A stretch of DNA of 51,596 bases, the filler included, from Basidioascus undulatus (taxonomy: Eukaryota): NCBI GenBank assembly GCA_000826855.1. It is 3 parts of 3 records of this genome, joined end to end, with 100 filler letters (N's around TTAATTAATTAA, not from the genome) between each part and the next. Parts side by side here need not be neighbours in the genome. Positions count along the whole stretch, not along the records: positions 1 to 17,171 come from JTLS01000547.1; 2 more parts are not named here. One strand, 5' to 3'. Numbering within the stretch: the first letter of the stretch is position 1; each line of letters begins with the position of its first letter. The translations under genes were made by a program, and so were the position numbers. The notes under the pieces were generated by a model. The model was not told where the DNA came from and searched no databases. It worked only from the letters and a program-made list of their open reading frames with translations. Shown here piece by piece: positions 1-15,132 of the stretch.

Positions 1-40
1 CCCCCTTTTGATAAGTACTGGTATTATATACTAGCTATAT

Positions 41-1118
41 CTAAGTCGCAAGGTCGCCAAACCACTTCACAAAAGACGAAGGAAAGCACGGACGAGCGGC
101 AGTGCCGCGGCAAGAAGCAGACAGTTCCGTTCCCGTTGCATCAAGGTTTGCCAGCCATGAGAGCGAACAAGCGATACAAGAAACACCGGCAGAAGGTCGT
201 TCACTCTGCACTCCTGCCGCCTTCGTTCGACCCATCACCATCTCTAGCACCCCCAGCCGTTCCCCCGGCGACGTAGACACTCCTCCCTGTCGATTGTGCA
301 AGATGATGACTCGAAAGACAATCAGTTGAGGGACGTAAATTTGATATGGGCCAAATCTTGGAGCGTGGGCAGGACGCGCTGCAGGAAGTTGAGAGGGCGG
401 TTGCTAGCTTTGTCAGCCCAGGGCCTTCGCTCGCTTGACGAAGCTCCCGAATGCGGACAAGACTTTAGGTCTAGGCTGAAGAAAAAAAACAGCTCTTCGC
501 CCCGTGGAAGAGACAAGGACAGGCAGCTCTGGCACAAGAGCCGGATCCGGCAAACGTACCTGAACGTTGTTGACGCTCGGGTCCACATCCCCATGACTGA
601 GCGTCACGTATCGGCGCAGTTTGAGAGAGGTTGCGGCTGCTCAGCACGTGGATCATCGGGAGGGAGGCGACGCACTCTTGGAGACGCTCAAGATTCTGGA
701 GCGCACGCCAAAGGGCGGCGGGCATATGGGCGTCGAAGAGTCTTCCGGAAGCTCATGATAGAAAGCGAGGCGCCTGAGGGTAGATTTGAGAGGGCGAGGA
801 TTTCTGCGAGCTGGGCGGCGATACCAGACTGTGATGCCCATTGGTATGGCTCGATGCCTAGCAAGGCGAAAGAGTGGACCCGCCGGGCGAGCGATGAGTC
901 GCTGATCAGAGTAGCGTGAAAGGCTTCGAGTTGCTCCTCCGAGTGGAGGACGACCGCTTCGTGCATCATGCGGCGCGTGACCGGGTAAAACGAGCGGCAC
1001 ACGAGGCAGAGCGAGGATGTGGCGCCCAGTCGTGGGTGTAGGCGAGTGGGTGCGAAGGCTCAGCGGCGAGCTCGACGACGTGCTGCAGAACGTCGATGGG
1101 AAGGTCTGGGACTGTCAT
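41..1118 (-). pseudogene. Frameshifted F-box-like/LRR-like gene relic (PSHPLAY family)
   Basis: ATG 1118 gives MTVPDLPIDVLQHVVELAAEPSHPLAYTHDW. The frame shifts near 1015 to LCLVCRSFYPVTRRMMHEAVVLHSEEQL...LARRVHSF, then again near 725 (MPAALWRALQNLERLQE) and near 600. The 3' limit is uncertain. Confidence 0.6.
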
Positions 1119-1866
1119 GCCTGGCAGGATGTAGCTCCCACATACGAGCGTCGGGCGGTGTTTGTGGTTGATGGACGTGAGTGAGTGGTATTGGTTGTGG
1201 CTCATGTTCAACCCTCGAGGGTAAGAAACGCTGGCACTCTCGTTCCGCCACTCTGAATATTCTTCCAACCTACCATAAAGTTCTGCTTAGAAGTTTTCTT
1301 ATCACTTCGGCTCCGCTGTTCCTGGAGACGTTCGAGCGCCACGTGCTGCCGCCGCGGATCTGGCCATACAGCGCATAGAATCGTATTGGCTCTGCAGATC
1401 TGGGAATCGCACTGGCACTGTCACCCCTGAATGCACTTAATGAAGGCAATGTGTCATTGAATACCATTTGCAAACACGGATTCAACGCAGCGGAGTCAGT
1501 TATGTATAAGGCAGAATTGGCAGCCTCACGCGTCTCACAACAAAGTCAGACGTGAAGGTCTTTTCTGGTACGCGTAGGCAGCCTGACAGTACCCTGAAAA
1601 GCTCTTCATCTCAAGTTGAAACAGATCGCGCTATCTGCGGTTGCAGCGACAATATACGTCGGGGCGCTTCTAGCAGACTCTTCCCTTGACTCTCCACCTG
1701 TTGCAGTTGTCCCTGACTAGTTGACACAATGCGGCAGCGCGATGCAAGAACTGTTAATAGACCATTGTGCCTGCAGTCCTTTGTAGTGAGGTCTCCTGCC
1801 ATTTGAAATGCCGCTTGTCTCCGGAATAGGCTCGACAGTATGAAATTCTCCGTTCCCTGTTCTGCA

Positions 1867-2817
1867 TCAAAGCCCGTCCACCGCCGCCGCATCCTCACAA
1901 ACAATCTCCACATTCCCCTCCAGAGACGGATACCATTTAAAAATCAAACCCTCTCCCCACCCTTCAAACATCTTCATCATGTCCCCGCTTATGACCAGAG
2001 TCAGTCTCCCGACCCTCATCTCTCCGCGCGCCACCGCCGCTGCATGCGCGCGCCCGAGCGCGCCGCCGAGCGCCGCATCCGGCGTGTGCAGCACAAGCTG
2101 CGGGACAGGCAGGCTCAGCAGCTGTGCCGGCCAATCGCGCTCGCAGCTCTGCATCTCGAGCGTGTGCAGGCGGGGCCAGCGCGAGAGGAGGGCGGGGAGG
2201 ACGGGGAGCAGGTCGGGGTGCGGTATGTCGAGAGTTATGTGTGTCGGGGACAGGGATCGCAGGGCGGCTACGAGCCCGGATAGACGGACGCGAGGGGAGA
2301 CATCCTGGGCGCGGAGAATGAGGTGTTGCACCCCCGTGCAGAACCACAACAGCTTGAGATCGTCCGCGCTGGGTGAAGAAGTCCAGGTCAGCTCGAGACG
2401 CCTAACGAGCTGCGCCAGGCGCGATTCCGAGCGCAGCTGCAGAAGGCACCCGGAGGTCGTGCGAGGATCGACGCGAATGTGATGGAAGACTAGTGGTCGA
2501 CCGAGCGCGTAGAAACAGCGCGATACGCGCAGAACAGCGAGAGGGTCGGCTGGGTCGGTCGCGGAATGGCATGGACGTGAGGGCGATAAAATGAATGTGA
2601 AGATGATGAGGAGGATTTCGGGAGGGAGACACTTCGCAGATTGTGAAGTTCGTGTGCATGAGGAAGACGGCGAATGTGCGGTGAGGGCCTCTGGCTTCCC
2701 GCTACGCGGCCGTCCAACGCGTCGCTTTCGAAATAACGACGTTCGGCACGATCGCAGTTTGAGGATGCGGACGAGGCGATGAAGATGGAGTAGGGTGTCC
2801 ACTTGCAGTTTCTCCAT
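1867..2817 (-). CDS. F-box-like protein with leucine-rich C-terminal region
   Basis: 316-aa uninterrupted ORF with F-box-like CLPPEILLIIFTFI...LAVLRVSRCFYALGRPLVFHHI and LRR-like LVRRLELTW, VQHLIL, PRLHTLEM. True start uncertain. Confidence 0.55.
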   Translation of the reverse strand: MEKLQVDTLLHLHRLVRILKLRSCRTSLFRKRRVGRPRSGKPEALTAHSPSSSCTRTSQSAKCLPPEILLIIFTFILSPSRPCHSATDPADPLAVLRVSRCFYALGRPLVFHHIRVDPRTTSGCLLQLRSESRLAQLVRRLELTWTSSPSADDLKLLWFCTGVQHLILRAQDVSPRVRLSGLVAALRSLSPTHITLDIPHPDLLPVLPALLSRWPRLHTLEMQSCERDWPAQLLSLPVPQLVLHTPDAALGGALGRAHAAAVARGEMRVGRLTLVISGDMMKMFEGWGEGLIFKWYPSLEGNVEIVCEDAAAVDGL

Positions 2818-4544
2818 CCCGAACAGCGAAGATGTTGAAGGTTAAAGGAGCAAGGAGAGGACCAGCACCGACTTCCCGTTACAAGTAAGGCGTGCTTGGG
2901 CCTGCATGGCGGATGGAACATGCAGGAAATGAGAAGTGTGACCTACATACCTTGAAATATCGGACTTTGGCTCATTCTGATCTGCTCGGCTCTCGCTTGG
3001 CACGACTTTTATCATCGGCAGGAACGCGGCCCGTGTTGTCTCCGAAGACAGAAGAGTGTCAGGCGGCGCGCCCACGCAGTGTGGGTCTGCAGGACAGTCG
3101 GGGCACTCTCATCGCAGCAGCGTTCGTTGAAGGCACTGAAAAGGTCTCCTGACCGATGTACCGTCCTGGGCAAAAAAAAGAAGGCAGATCCGCGGCAACA
3201 TCGCATGAGGTTCATGAGGTGCATCGACATTACCAGATCACGCATACGAACATCGGGCCCCGGGGTCCCGCTGCGCCTCCTTGCCACTCTATGACTACCT
3301 GTAGGCTGCCGATGCCGGAATCCTTTGCGACAGAAAGATAATTCAAGCTCATTAAATTGAGAATACCTGCAGGGTGCCGTGAGTTGCAGACTACCTAGAT
3401 TGAGGTGATACCGCGATTGTCATGGATGTGATCGATGTGACCCACCGACTGAAGGGACTTGCTGCACCCCTGGCCAACAGACTGAAATCTAAGCATATAG
3501 ATGTATGTAACACTCGGAATTTTTCAGAAATTCATTTTTCAGGGGACTTCCAGCGGAGAGAACTGGATTCCGACACAGCAAGCTGAAAAGCAACTACACA
3601 GTTATTCAAGGCAACAAAGAACATGACCACGCAGATCTACGCATCCCTCCCAGACAAACCACGCATAGTTCCGTTCGTATGGAGATTTATTATTTAGCTT
3701 ATTGGACTTCTAAATGGCCCGAACAAGATATTCATGGAGGTGACGTGAATGTTAATTTGTCGACTCGGCGTGGTTGACATCCTCCCCGTTTGTACTGAAT
3801 TCTATGGTTCGAGCTCTGGCCTGGACCTTTGTTTTGAGGACATAACACATGTCAGAGAGACATTTGAGTACAAAAGCGTCTATGCGGTTCGATAGCGGAG
3901 CTGCTAGTCAGGTCGACAACAAAGAGACTATTACCATTTACGAAGCATATGCCGCGATGGCTGCGGTAGGCGTGCGTTGCTGGGGCCGCTTGGATGCATA
4001 AAAACTTCTGGGTACCGAAGGTGAAGCAAAAGGAAGGTGGTGAACAGCATGCATGGGGATTTCCTTGACACTGAGTTGTTTATGTGCGTTCACTGATGTC
4101 GCGTCGCGGCTACCAAATTTCCTTCAACGGTATCCAGACAAGATTCGAAGAGCTAGAGTAGTAAGCTCCAACAAAAATCTTTACATTCATTCACTTGAGA
4201 TTCTTGCAGGACTTCTGGGGACCACTGTGGATGAAATAGAATGTGGCCCCCTTCCCAGATGTAAGGCCTGACTGCCTTCACACTGCTGGAGAAATACTGG
4301 AGAACAGGCTTAGCAATACGTAAAAGCTAACATTTTGATCAGTTTCAATTTTTGATGTGGTAATCTTGGTTAAACATTGCAATCCTGCCAGCCGGGCAAC
4401 TGTCTATCTCGGCCACTTGACTGTCCATGTGACTCGGGAACGGAGACCCGAAGCGATAATAGCGACAAGGTAGCTCTGCAGATTCCCCTTCACCTTCCCA
4501 CTAACAACATCTCAACACCTCAGTATCGAAACGAGACCCTCACC

Positions 4545-6444
4545 ATGGCGCCTTCAATGCAGGATGTTCCGCCAGCTGTTCATGACCCCAAAGTCTCTGT
4601 CAACGCTACGCGCCTCAACGCGACGCTTCACGAGAGCTGCCAATGGGGATGCACGCCTGACGGGGGAATGAGTTGCGTTTCCCGTCTCATTTATACTAGA
4701 AAGGACAAAGTAAACCTTTTGACAACTGCAAATTCATGGTAGACCGTCTGTCGTTGAACGACGATGACAAGTCCGTGCGAGAGTGGTTTGTGGAGGAGGT
4801 CAAGAGCCTCGGGTGTTCAGTAAAGTGAGTGCCATTCCTATTTTGTGAAGTATGAAAAAAAACTGATTTCTTTTCAGTATCGACGCCATGGGTAATATCT
4901 TTGCCATCCGGCCAGGGAAGGACAACTCGATCCCGCCCATCGCGATCGGCTCGCACTTAGGTACCTCCGCCGGCTTTCGCATCGCATCGCAGCATCCGCT
5001 CACTCTGATCCACAAACAGATACTCAGCCTCAAGGAGGCCGGTACGATGGGATCCTCGGAGTCCTCGCGGGCTTGGAGGCCCTGCGCGTGCTTCATGAGC
5101 ACAACGTGCAGACCAAGGCCCCGATTGTGCGTTATCATGGCTTACAAACATGGGTAGGGACCGACATTGAAGCGATTGATCAGGCTGTTGTAAATTGGAC
5201 GAACGAAGAAGGGGCTCGGTTCAGCCCTGCGATGATCTCCAGCGGCGTCTGGGTACGTTCGGCTTTCCAAATGAGCAAGACGCAGCCCGGCGTTGACTGA
5301 GGCACGATCACAGGCTGGTGCATTCGAGCTTGACTTCGCGTGCGTAATCTTAAAAAAAAAACTTCATATATTGTAGCTAAGCGTATTTACCTGGAAGGCG
5401 CAATCGCGCCGACGCGGACGGCAAAACGATGGGCGAGGAGCTCGAGCGGATCGGCTTCACAGGCGAAACGCCATGCTCGCACACTGCGAACCCTCTCAGC
5501 GCCCACTTCGAGCTGTAAATCAGATCGATCTGAGCCAATTCCTCTCTTAATGCTCATCCCCACTTGAATGCCTCAGTCACATCGAGCAAGGCCCTATCCT
5601 CGAGTCGAAGAACCTTGCAGTAGCCGCAGTCGTCGTATGTCTCTTCGACGCCCCTTCCGACCTCCTCCCTCACATCTCACCATCTCACCTCCTTAGGGCG
5701 TACAAGCCATGCGCTGGTTCACGATCAGCGTCCACGGCCGCCCGCAGCACACTGGCACGACACCTCTCGCCTCCCGAGCCGATGCGATGCTCTCCGCAGC
5801 GCGGATGATCGTGTCCTCCAACGGAATCGCAAAGCGGCTCGGAGCGCTCGCATCGACCGGCGTGATCAATGCGAGCCCGCAGAGCGTCAATACGCTTGCG
5901 GGGGAGGTCTCGTTCAGCTTGGACCTGCGGGCTACCTCGGACGATCTGGTCGAGCAGTTGGAGCGCGAGTGCCGGGAGGCGCTTGAACGGATTGGGGAGG
6001 AGGAAGGCGTGAGCGTCGAGGTGGACAGGTACTGGGTGTGCCCGGCGACGATTTACGATGAGGTACGTACGACGATGCTGCTGTCCCTCTCTTCCCACCG
6101 GCTGAAAAACGCTCCCCTGTCGCAGATCGCTGTGGAGAAAGTGCGCGAGTCAGCGCGCCGCGCCGGCCTGCCCTTCGCCGAACTTACAAGCGGTGCAGGA
6201 CACGATTCGTGCGTCTCCTCTCCGTTTGCTACTCTGTCCAGAACTGACCAGCCAGCACAACTGACGCAACAGCGTCTACACCGCCCGCCGCTGTCCGACG
6301 GCCATGATCTTCATCCGCTGCAAGGGTGGAATCAGCCACAACCCCGCAGAGTACAGCTCGCCCGAGGACTGTGCTGCGGGAGCGGAAGTCTTGCTTGGTG
6401 CTGTGCTGGGGTACGATGCGTACCTTGCTGAGAAGAGCAAGTAG
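4545..6444 (+). CDS. PYD3: Beta-alanine synthase / N-carbamoyl-amino-acid amidohydrolase (M20 peptidase family), multi-exon
   Basis: Spliced motifs RLSLNDDDKSVREWF, DAMGNIFAIRPG, GSHLDTQPQGGRYDGILGVLAGLE, NWTNEEGARF, HFELHIEQGP, GRPQHTGTTP, SGAGHDS, GISHNPAEYSSPEDC. Stop TAG at 6442-6444. Confidence 0.88.
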
Positions 6445-6522
6445 GGCTGCTCTGTCAATAACGTGCTCGAACTGCAATGTCAAACTTGGCCATAAATCAA
6501 AAGCTCTATCCATGCCGCCGCT

Positions 6523-9649
<3,127 letters not shown>

Positions 9650-9800
9650 CGTGCTCGAGCACCCGGCGAAGAGGAAAGGGCAAGGGAGGAAGGCAAGCGG
9701 CAAGACGCGGAGAAGGAAGTCGGGCGAGCGTGGGAATTTGTCGAAAGCACCTGGGCTTCGAAAGGCCGTCGAGCGCCAAACACGGATCGTTTAGACACCA

Positions 9801-11284
9801 TTAACAGGGACAGCTGTAGAAAACAGACAGGAAACATTTTCGTCCGACAAACATAACCCAGGAGTGCGTGGGACATTTCGAGGCAATTGAGCATTTGGAA
9901 TTTGGTACCACAGTCGGCAGCGTGCAAGACAACCGCAGGCTTTCTTCGTCTTCCCCATCATGATAGCGTCCTACCGGAGCATAAAAATAATCAGTATCAT
10001 GATTAAACGGGGGGAACTTTTCAAAAAGGATGCACAACCTCGACTCGTGGGACTACCGTTGACAGTCGAGGCGATGATGAACTGCGGCTCCAGCGAAACA
10101 GGCTTCTCCGTCTTCGACTCATCTCCCTTCGTCGCTTTGGAGCTTGCTGTCGAGGTTGAGCAATCTGCCACCGAGGAAGGAGCGACGTGGCGCGCGGCGC
10201 AGCCCGTCCCAGCAGCAGGACGCAATGGACGGACGGTCTTGGCGGGAGGAGAGCGAATGGGCAGATCGAGATCGCGAACTAGCTTCCGAAAGCGACCGCG
10301 CTCTTCCGCAGTGGGAGATAAACAAAAAGGATCGACGGCTACCGCCGCATGGCTGTCTGACGGCGCATCGAGATCGCCGAACATGTCGGCCTCGTCGGGA
10401 GCGAGCTGAATGACGGGGTCGTGTGGCGATATGAGCTGGTTCCCGCAACGGTAGGGCAGGCCGATGTAGAATGATGTCGTCGCGACGAGGGATCTCGGTG
10501 TGCGCAGCGGCACGGCGGAGCCCATAGCTCGAGAGTAAGGCGTGCAGGCCGGCCTTCTGCAAACGCGAAAGACTCCCTCTCCATGTCAACGTCCAGCACA
10601 CATGTGAACTGCACAGGTCGAGACAGGCCTCTCACCACACCCCGGAAACCACATAATTTACCAGGCTGAACTTCCTCTCAAAAAGCTCGGCCTCCTCATC
10701 GTCCGAGCTCGCGCCGAGCCAGAAGCCGTTGCCGACGTCGTACCCCCTCGGGCCGGCAGGTTGAGGCTGCCCATCAGGTCCGCGCTTGAACCCGTTCTTT
10801 TGCCACTCGAGCTGAGTCTTGCCCAAGAGCGCGTAGTCGTAGATGATCGGCAGAGCTCAGACGGGAGCGAGGCGATCCAGGCGGTGGGCCTTCTTCCCCC
10901 GAAAGAGGAGCTTGCCGGCGTCACGCCGACGAGCGAGAACGTCGACGGTGAATGAAGCGGGCGTAAGATCCGACCGCCTTAGTAACCATCGAAGAAAGAG
11001 TGAGCTCGCCTCACTTGGAATGCCGGCCATGCCTTCCCATCGAAGTGGAGTTGCCAAGGCTCAACCTGTGAACCGTTCTCAACGAGGCTTAGCACAAACT
11101 GCTGAGCGTAATCCTCCTGGATTGACCTTCCGCAATACCGAGAAGAAACGTTGTCGTCGGTATTGGTGTTTGGGGAGGGGATGTTCGGGCTGGATGCGAC
11201 GGCGGGAGATGACGATGCGGGAGTCAAGCCTTTCAGTTCAAGCGGCGCTGTCGCTCTGCGTGGATTCCTCCGCTTCAACGGCAC
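9801..11284 (-). pseudogene. Fragmented relic of an unidentified protein gene
   Basis: Successive protein-like pieces in different minus frames (EDYAQQFVLSLVENG; SSLFLRWLLRRSDL; NGFWLGASSDDEEAELFERKFSLVNY; TTSFYIGLPYRCG; LFEKFPPFNHDTDYFYAPV) without clear splice sites joining them. Confidence 0.35.
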
Positions 11285-11651
11285 CGAGTTGGCCGAGCAG
11301 CACGAATTTCACCAGGCAGCGCAACTTCAGAGAGTCTCAATGCGTTACACAGGACAAAGGAGGATCATCAAGGTCCGCATACGGTGGAGATTTTGGGACG
11401 CTACAGACTGCGCCTACTTGAGAACCGTCGCTGGTACAACAAAACTTACGCAGTCTGCTTGAACAGGCACTTTGAAGAGCGAAATTCTGCTAATCCCTTG
11501 ATAGGGACTGCCGCTACCTGCACGCGGTCCACAGGGCGTGTCCCTCCTTCGTTTCAGCCATCAACTCGCCTGAACCAACTCCCCCGGATCCTTGACCTTC
11601 CACCCCCTCCCTCCCCATACATATCTCCAGTAAAACATAAACCCTCTACCA

Positions 11652-12020
11652 ATGGCCTCTGTCGAGACCCATTTCGCCTACTGCGACTCCCGCAGGCTCG
11701 GGGACTGCGAGAACTGCAGGACGCCGGCGTCGGCGGACGGTGAGAAGCATTCGCTTCTGCGGCCGGTGCAAGAAAGGTATGTTTCTCACGGAGAACTTTG
11801 AGCTGGTGGTTGTCTTGCTGACCAGTAAGTCTTCAGTCTCCAAGATCTGCCAAACCCAGCACTGGGTCCGGGGACTGGTGGGACTGGTTCCGGACGGCGG
11901 TGGAGAGGGTGTGACTGAAGACTATAGCTTGAAGATGGAACTTGGACTCAGGTTTGTTGTTAATTTCATGAACACGCCCGTGCTGCTTAACTCTAGCGAC
12001 CACTGCCGATGCTGCTTGCG
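11652..12020 (+). pseudogene. MYND-type zinc finger protein relic
   Basis: MASVETHFAYC...DCENCRTP, a 1-nt frameshift near 11748 to IRFCGRCKK, intron GTATGT..CAG, then VSKICQTQHW. Matches MYND CxxC..CxxC..YCSxxCQxxHW with the YC missing. Confidence 0.55.
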
Positions 12021-12565
12021 TGCCATAGCTGTTAACCAGTAACCGTCGACGCTTCTTCGGGTATATCTGAAGAAACTAGTCACTTTGCAAGTCTTGGTTG
12101 ACACTTATCAGTGCTTGTTCTTTGTTCTTTATCATAAGGTTGAACATTTTTCTCGGTACCCGCCGAGGACAACGAAAAATTCTAACGCTGTTTGCCTCTT
12201 TTCGTTTCTGTTCCTCTCGAGGTGCCGACTTTGTCCCCTTCGAACGTTTCCATTGGTTTGCTGGGGATTTAATCACGCTCACTCGAAAGCTTCAGGATCA
12301 AATAGACCGACGAAGCGGTTTCAAGGGAGGTTCAGCGTGCAGCCTTCCGTAAGTCTTCAGGTTTGATGTCGGTCTGGCTTTACACACAACGATGCCTAAG
12401 CTCGTCCAGAGTTTTTTCACACAGGAGTTAAGTATCGCGTTCATCTCTAGGGACCACTCACTGTCGGCCGGCCAGATACCTGAAGCTGCGGCAAGCCTGC
12501 CTCACAGGCCTGCCAATCTGTCTAACCCATCCAAACAAACCAACTACCTCGGCGGCTTTTGCCTT

Positions 12566-12613
12566 ATTATCTTCTGAATGACAAAACCCATTATCTTCTG
12601 AACGACAAAACCC
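12566..12613. repeat. 24-bp tandem duplication
   Basis: ATTATCTTCTGAATGACAAAACCC followed by ATTATCTTCTGAACGACAAAACCC (1 mismatch). Confidence 0.9.
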
Positions 12614-12891
12614 AAGCATTCCATTAATCAAGATTCAACTAAATCTGCCTCTTCCGCAAGGAAGTGCGTTCCTCGACCAGTTCGAGCTGTTCCTGCCCCG
12701 GCAGTGCCTCACTGCCTCCGAAAATCGTCTCCGCGGACTGACAGCTTATCGCTCTCCTCATTCTCAAAGGTGTAAAGCTTTCGTCTGTCAGGTTTTCCCT
12801 CTTTTCCTAACTTCACTCCGTTCGCCCATTCGCCACCGAGTTTTCCACCCCTTCCAAATCCCCCCCCGCCCCGTCTCGCTCAACATCCACG

Positions 12892-13352
12892 ATGCTCTTT
12901 TCCTCGCTGAAGCGCACCGCCACCACTCTCTTCCGCTCAGCCTCCCGCATCACCAAGTCTTCCAAGTTGGTTACGGACATCCTCGCAGAGCGCGACACCG
13001 TACGTCCCCTCGCAGCCTGTTCACTTCCACATCCCGAGCAGCCAGTCTGGCAACCTCCTCTCTCGCCAGTCCACAGGCCCTCTCCAAGTCCTGCGGTACT
13101 TCCTTCCCCCTCCCCACTCCGGTCGGCGCCGACATCGACTTCGACCACTTCCTCCTCCGTGCCGTCCTCCTCTGCAAGGCGACGCCGCAGCAAGTCGACG
13201 ACCTCCTGGCATTCGTCGCCGCCGTCGAGGACGAGCAGGCTGCGCCGCGCCCCAAGAGCGCGGTCAAGGCTGCGCCGCGCCCCAAGAGCGCGGTCAGCCC
13301 GCGCCCGTACCGCTTCGTCCGCTGTAGTGCATCCCCCCTGAGGCGAATTTGA
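12892..13352 (+). CDS. Small hypothetical protein (about 127 aa, 2 exons), N-terminus resembles a mitochondrial presequence
   Basis: Exon 12892-12999 MLFSSLKRTATTLFRSASRITKSSKLVTDILAERDT, intron GTACGT..CAG 13000-13076, exon 2 ALSKSCGTSFPLPTPVGADIDFDHFLLRAVLLCKATPQQVDDLLAFVAAVEDEQ... with C/G-ending codons. Confidence 0.45.
13237..13296. repeat. 30-bp exact tandem duplication (in frame, AAPRPKSAV twice)
   Basis: AGGCTGCGCCGCGCCCCAAGAGCGCGGTCA occurs twice in tandem. Confidence 0.9.
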
Positions 13353-15132
13353 TCGGGTTCTACATTCTGGCAGATCCTTTCCGGCTTCCAAACGATGCGA
13401 GCCGCTGGGACGCACCCGCAGGCGCCCCATTAAAACTGCGACACGCCGAGCCCTTGTGATCGTTCTGTAGTTTATGAGCGCAACAAGGGCAAGCTCGCTC
13501 GCTCTGAGTGCCATCGCCTTCCCAATCCAATAAAGGCAAAATGTTTCATGAAACTTCAAGGAATATACCAGCTTCGAGAAACCCGGGAAGGTTTTAAGCA
13601 GGATGGGCCAGTGGGCGCCGACGGTCCAGGACTGCAGGCGCATGTACATTACCCGTGCAAGTTGAACCTCATGCGTCTTTCAGACCTCTGTTGGGAGATT
13701 TCCCTGGCTCATAACCTACTCTCTTTCGTTCCTAGCGCAGGCGCCTCACACGTACGACAGACCGCCTCTCTCCGCACCGTGAGGGTTTCCCAGCTTGAAC
13801 AATCCAATACAGTTCAATTTTCCCGGTCCCTGTGGCTACTCGACTGTCGCCCGTGCAGACGACTATACGTCCTGGGCACTGTGCTTCTGCTTGCCTCGCG
13901 GCGGAAAGCTGACCAGGATCCATGCTGCAACGCACATTCACGCCCATTGGGCTTCCATCTGGCACACCAAAATCTAACTCACCCTGGATCCAATTAGTTA
14001 CCTGTCTGGTGGGAGGATCATCTTCCTCCTTTCTTTGACGGTCCGCCTGCCACCTCCTACTGACTTTGCTTTGCGGTCTGCGAAGCGGCAGCTCAGCTCG
14101 GACGGTCTCCTTATCCCCTGGATAAAGACTGTTCGGGGATTGATTTTGTACATTCTCAGGGAGTACTTAGCTACCCGCTTCTATGGCACTTGTACTGCTC
14201 GTATGGCTATGAGCCGCAGGCGCCTCCTTCGCTCTATGCGCTTTCGACGAGACTTGGACAGCGCCTGCGTGTGGATACACAGTACTGTAAGTTTCAAGCG
14301 CTCTATACACGGCCGGACAGATCCAGAAACATTTCGCAAGACTTTCAGCAGTTGCGCAATCTCTTCAGCATTTGTGCCCGCGCGTACATTGTCCCACCCC
14401 ACTCCGTATTTACCAGTCGCGACTCGCCACGGATTTGGGTCGGACCTTTTCCTTCAATCCCTACGGCTCATGCCTACATTATACAATTTGATGGGGTTCT
14501 TTCGGGCATGGCAAATTAAGGTGCCCAAGTGGATGTCGCCAGAAAATGAAGCGGCAGAAGGGGACGATCCTCTGGCTGCCTCTGCACCCAGTGGTCGGGC
14601 TGAAGTAGGCAGGGACTTGAGCAAGCCAGGCGGGAGAGACTTGTGATTCAAAGAGTAGGTACCCGGGCTTTCTTGCTTCAAGGCGTGTGTCGAACATGAA
14701 CGAAAGGGGGCGTGAAAAAAGGAAGAAAAAAAACCTCACTGCTGGCTTTGAACAGCCTCGGGACACCCCGGGACACCCGGCCAGGCACCGATGGTGCGGC
14801 AAATGATCGCGAGATTGATCAAGAAAGTGAGTTATCGGGCTCACGCTTTCCGAGGCTCGGAAAAGCGAGCTCGCCATCGCCTTTTGCTTCGCGAAGTTCG
14901 GTCGTCTCTCTTGGACTCTCGCCATCGCCATCGACGCCGTCAGCGGGCTCCACACGAGGCAGAGGCAGGCGATCTGCAGAGAGCAGCCATCGACGATCTT
15001 CACCGACGCGAGCTCGTCTTCTCTCTCCGGACCATCAGCGCTCCCACTCGCCCGCCTCTCGCTTTGCTTTCCAGCTTGAGAGGGCTTGGCGATCCTTTAC
15101 TTCACCCCATCACCACCCTCTCCCTCCCCAAA

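Noticed and set aside
1000..1030. Programmed frameshifting in the F-box-like family
   Set aside because: No shared slippery sequence, the lesions differ in exact position, and each copy has further downstream frameshifts.
2890..4320. Possible additional gene relic upstream of the PYD3-like gene
   Set aside because: Only short coding-like pieces; too degraded to assign frame or family.
12813..13649. 278-aa minus-strand ORF and the many other Arg/Pro/Gly-rich ORFs overlapping real genes
   Set aside because: They are antisense or off-frame shadows of GC-rich coding sequence with no recognisable motifs.
13548..14646. ORFs 13548-13997 and 14035-14646 as genes
   Set aside because: No codon bias or recognisable motif; possibly old relics but not supportable.
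14791..15132. 114-codon upstream in-frame extension of ALO1
   Set aside because: It lacks the gene's codon pattern and includes a pyrimidine-rich leader typical of the 5' UTRs here; ATG 15133 is preferred.
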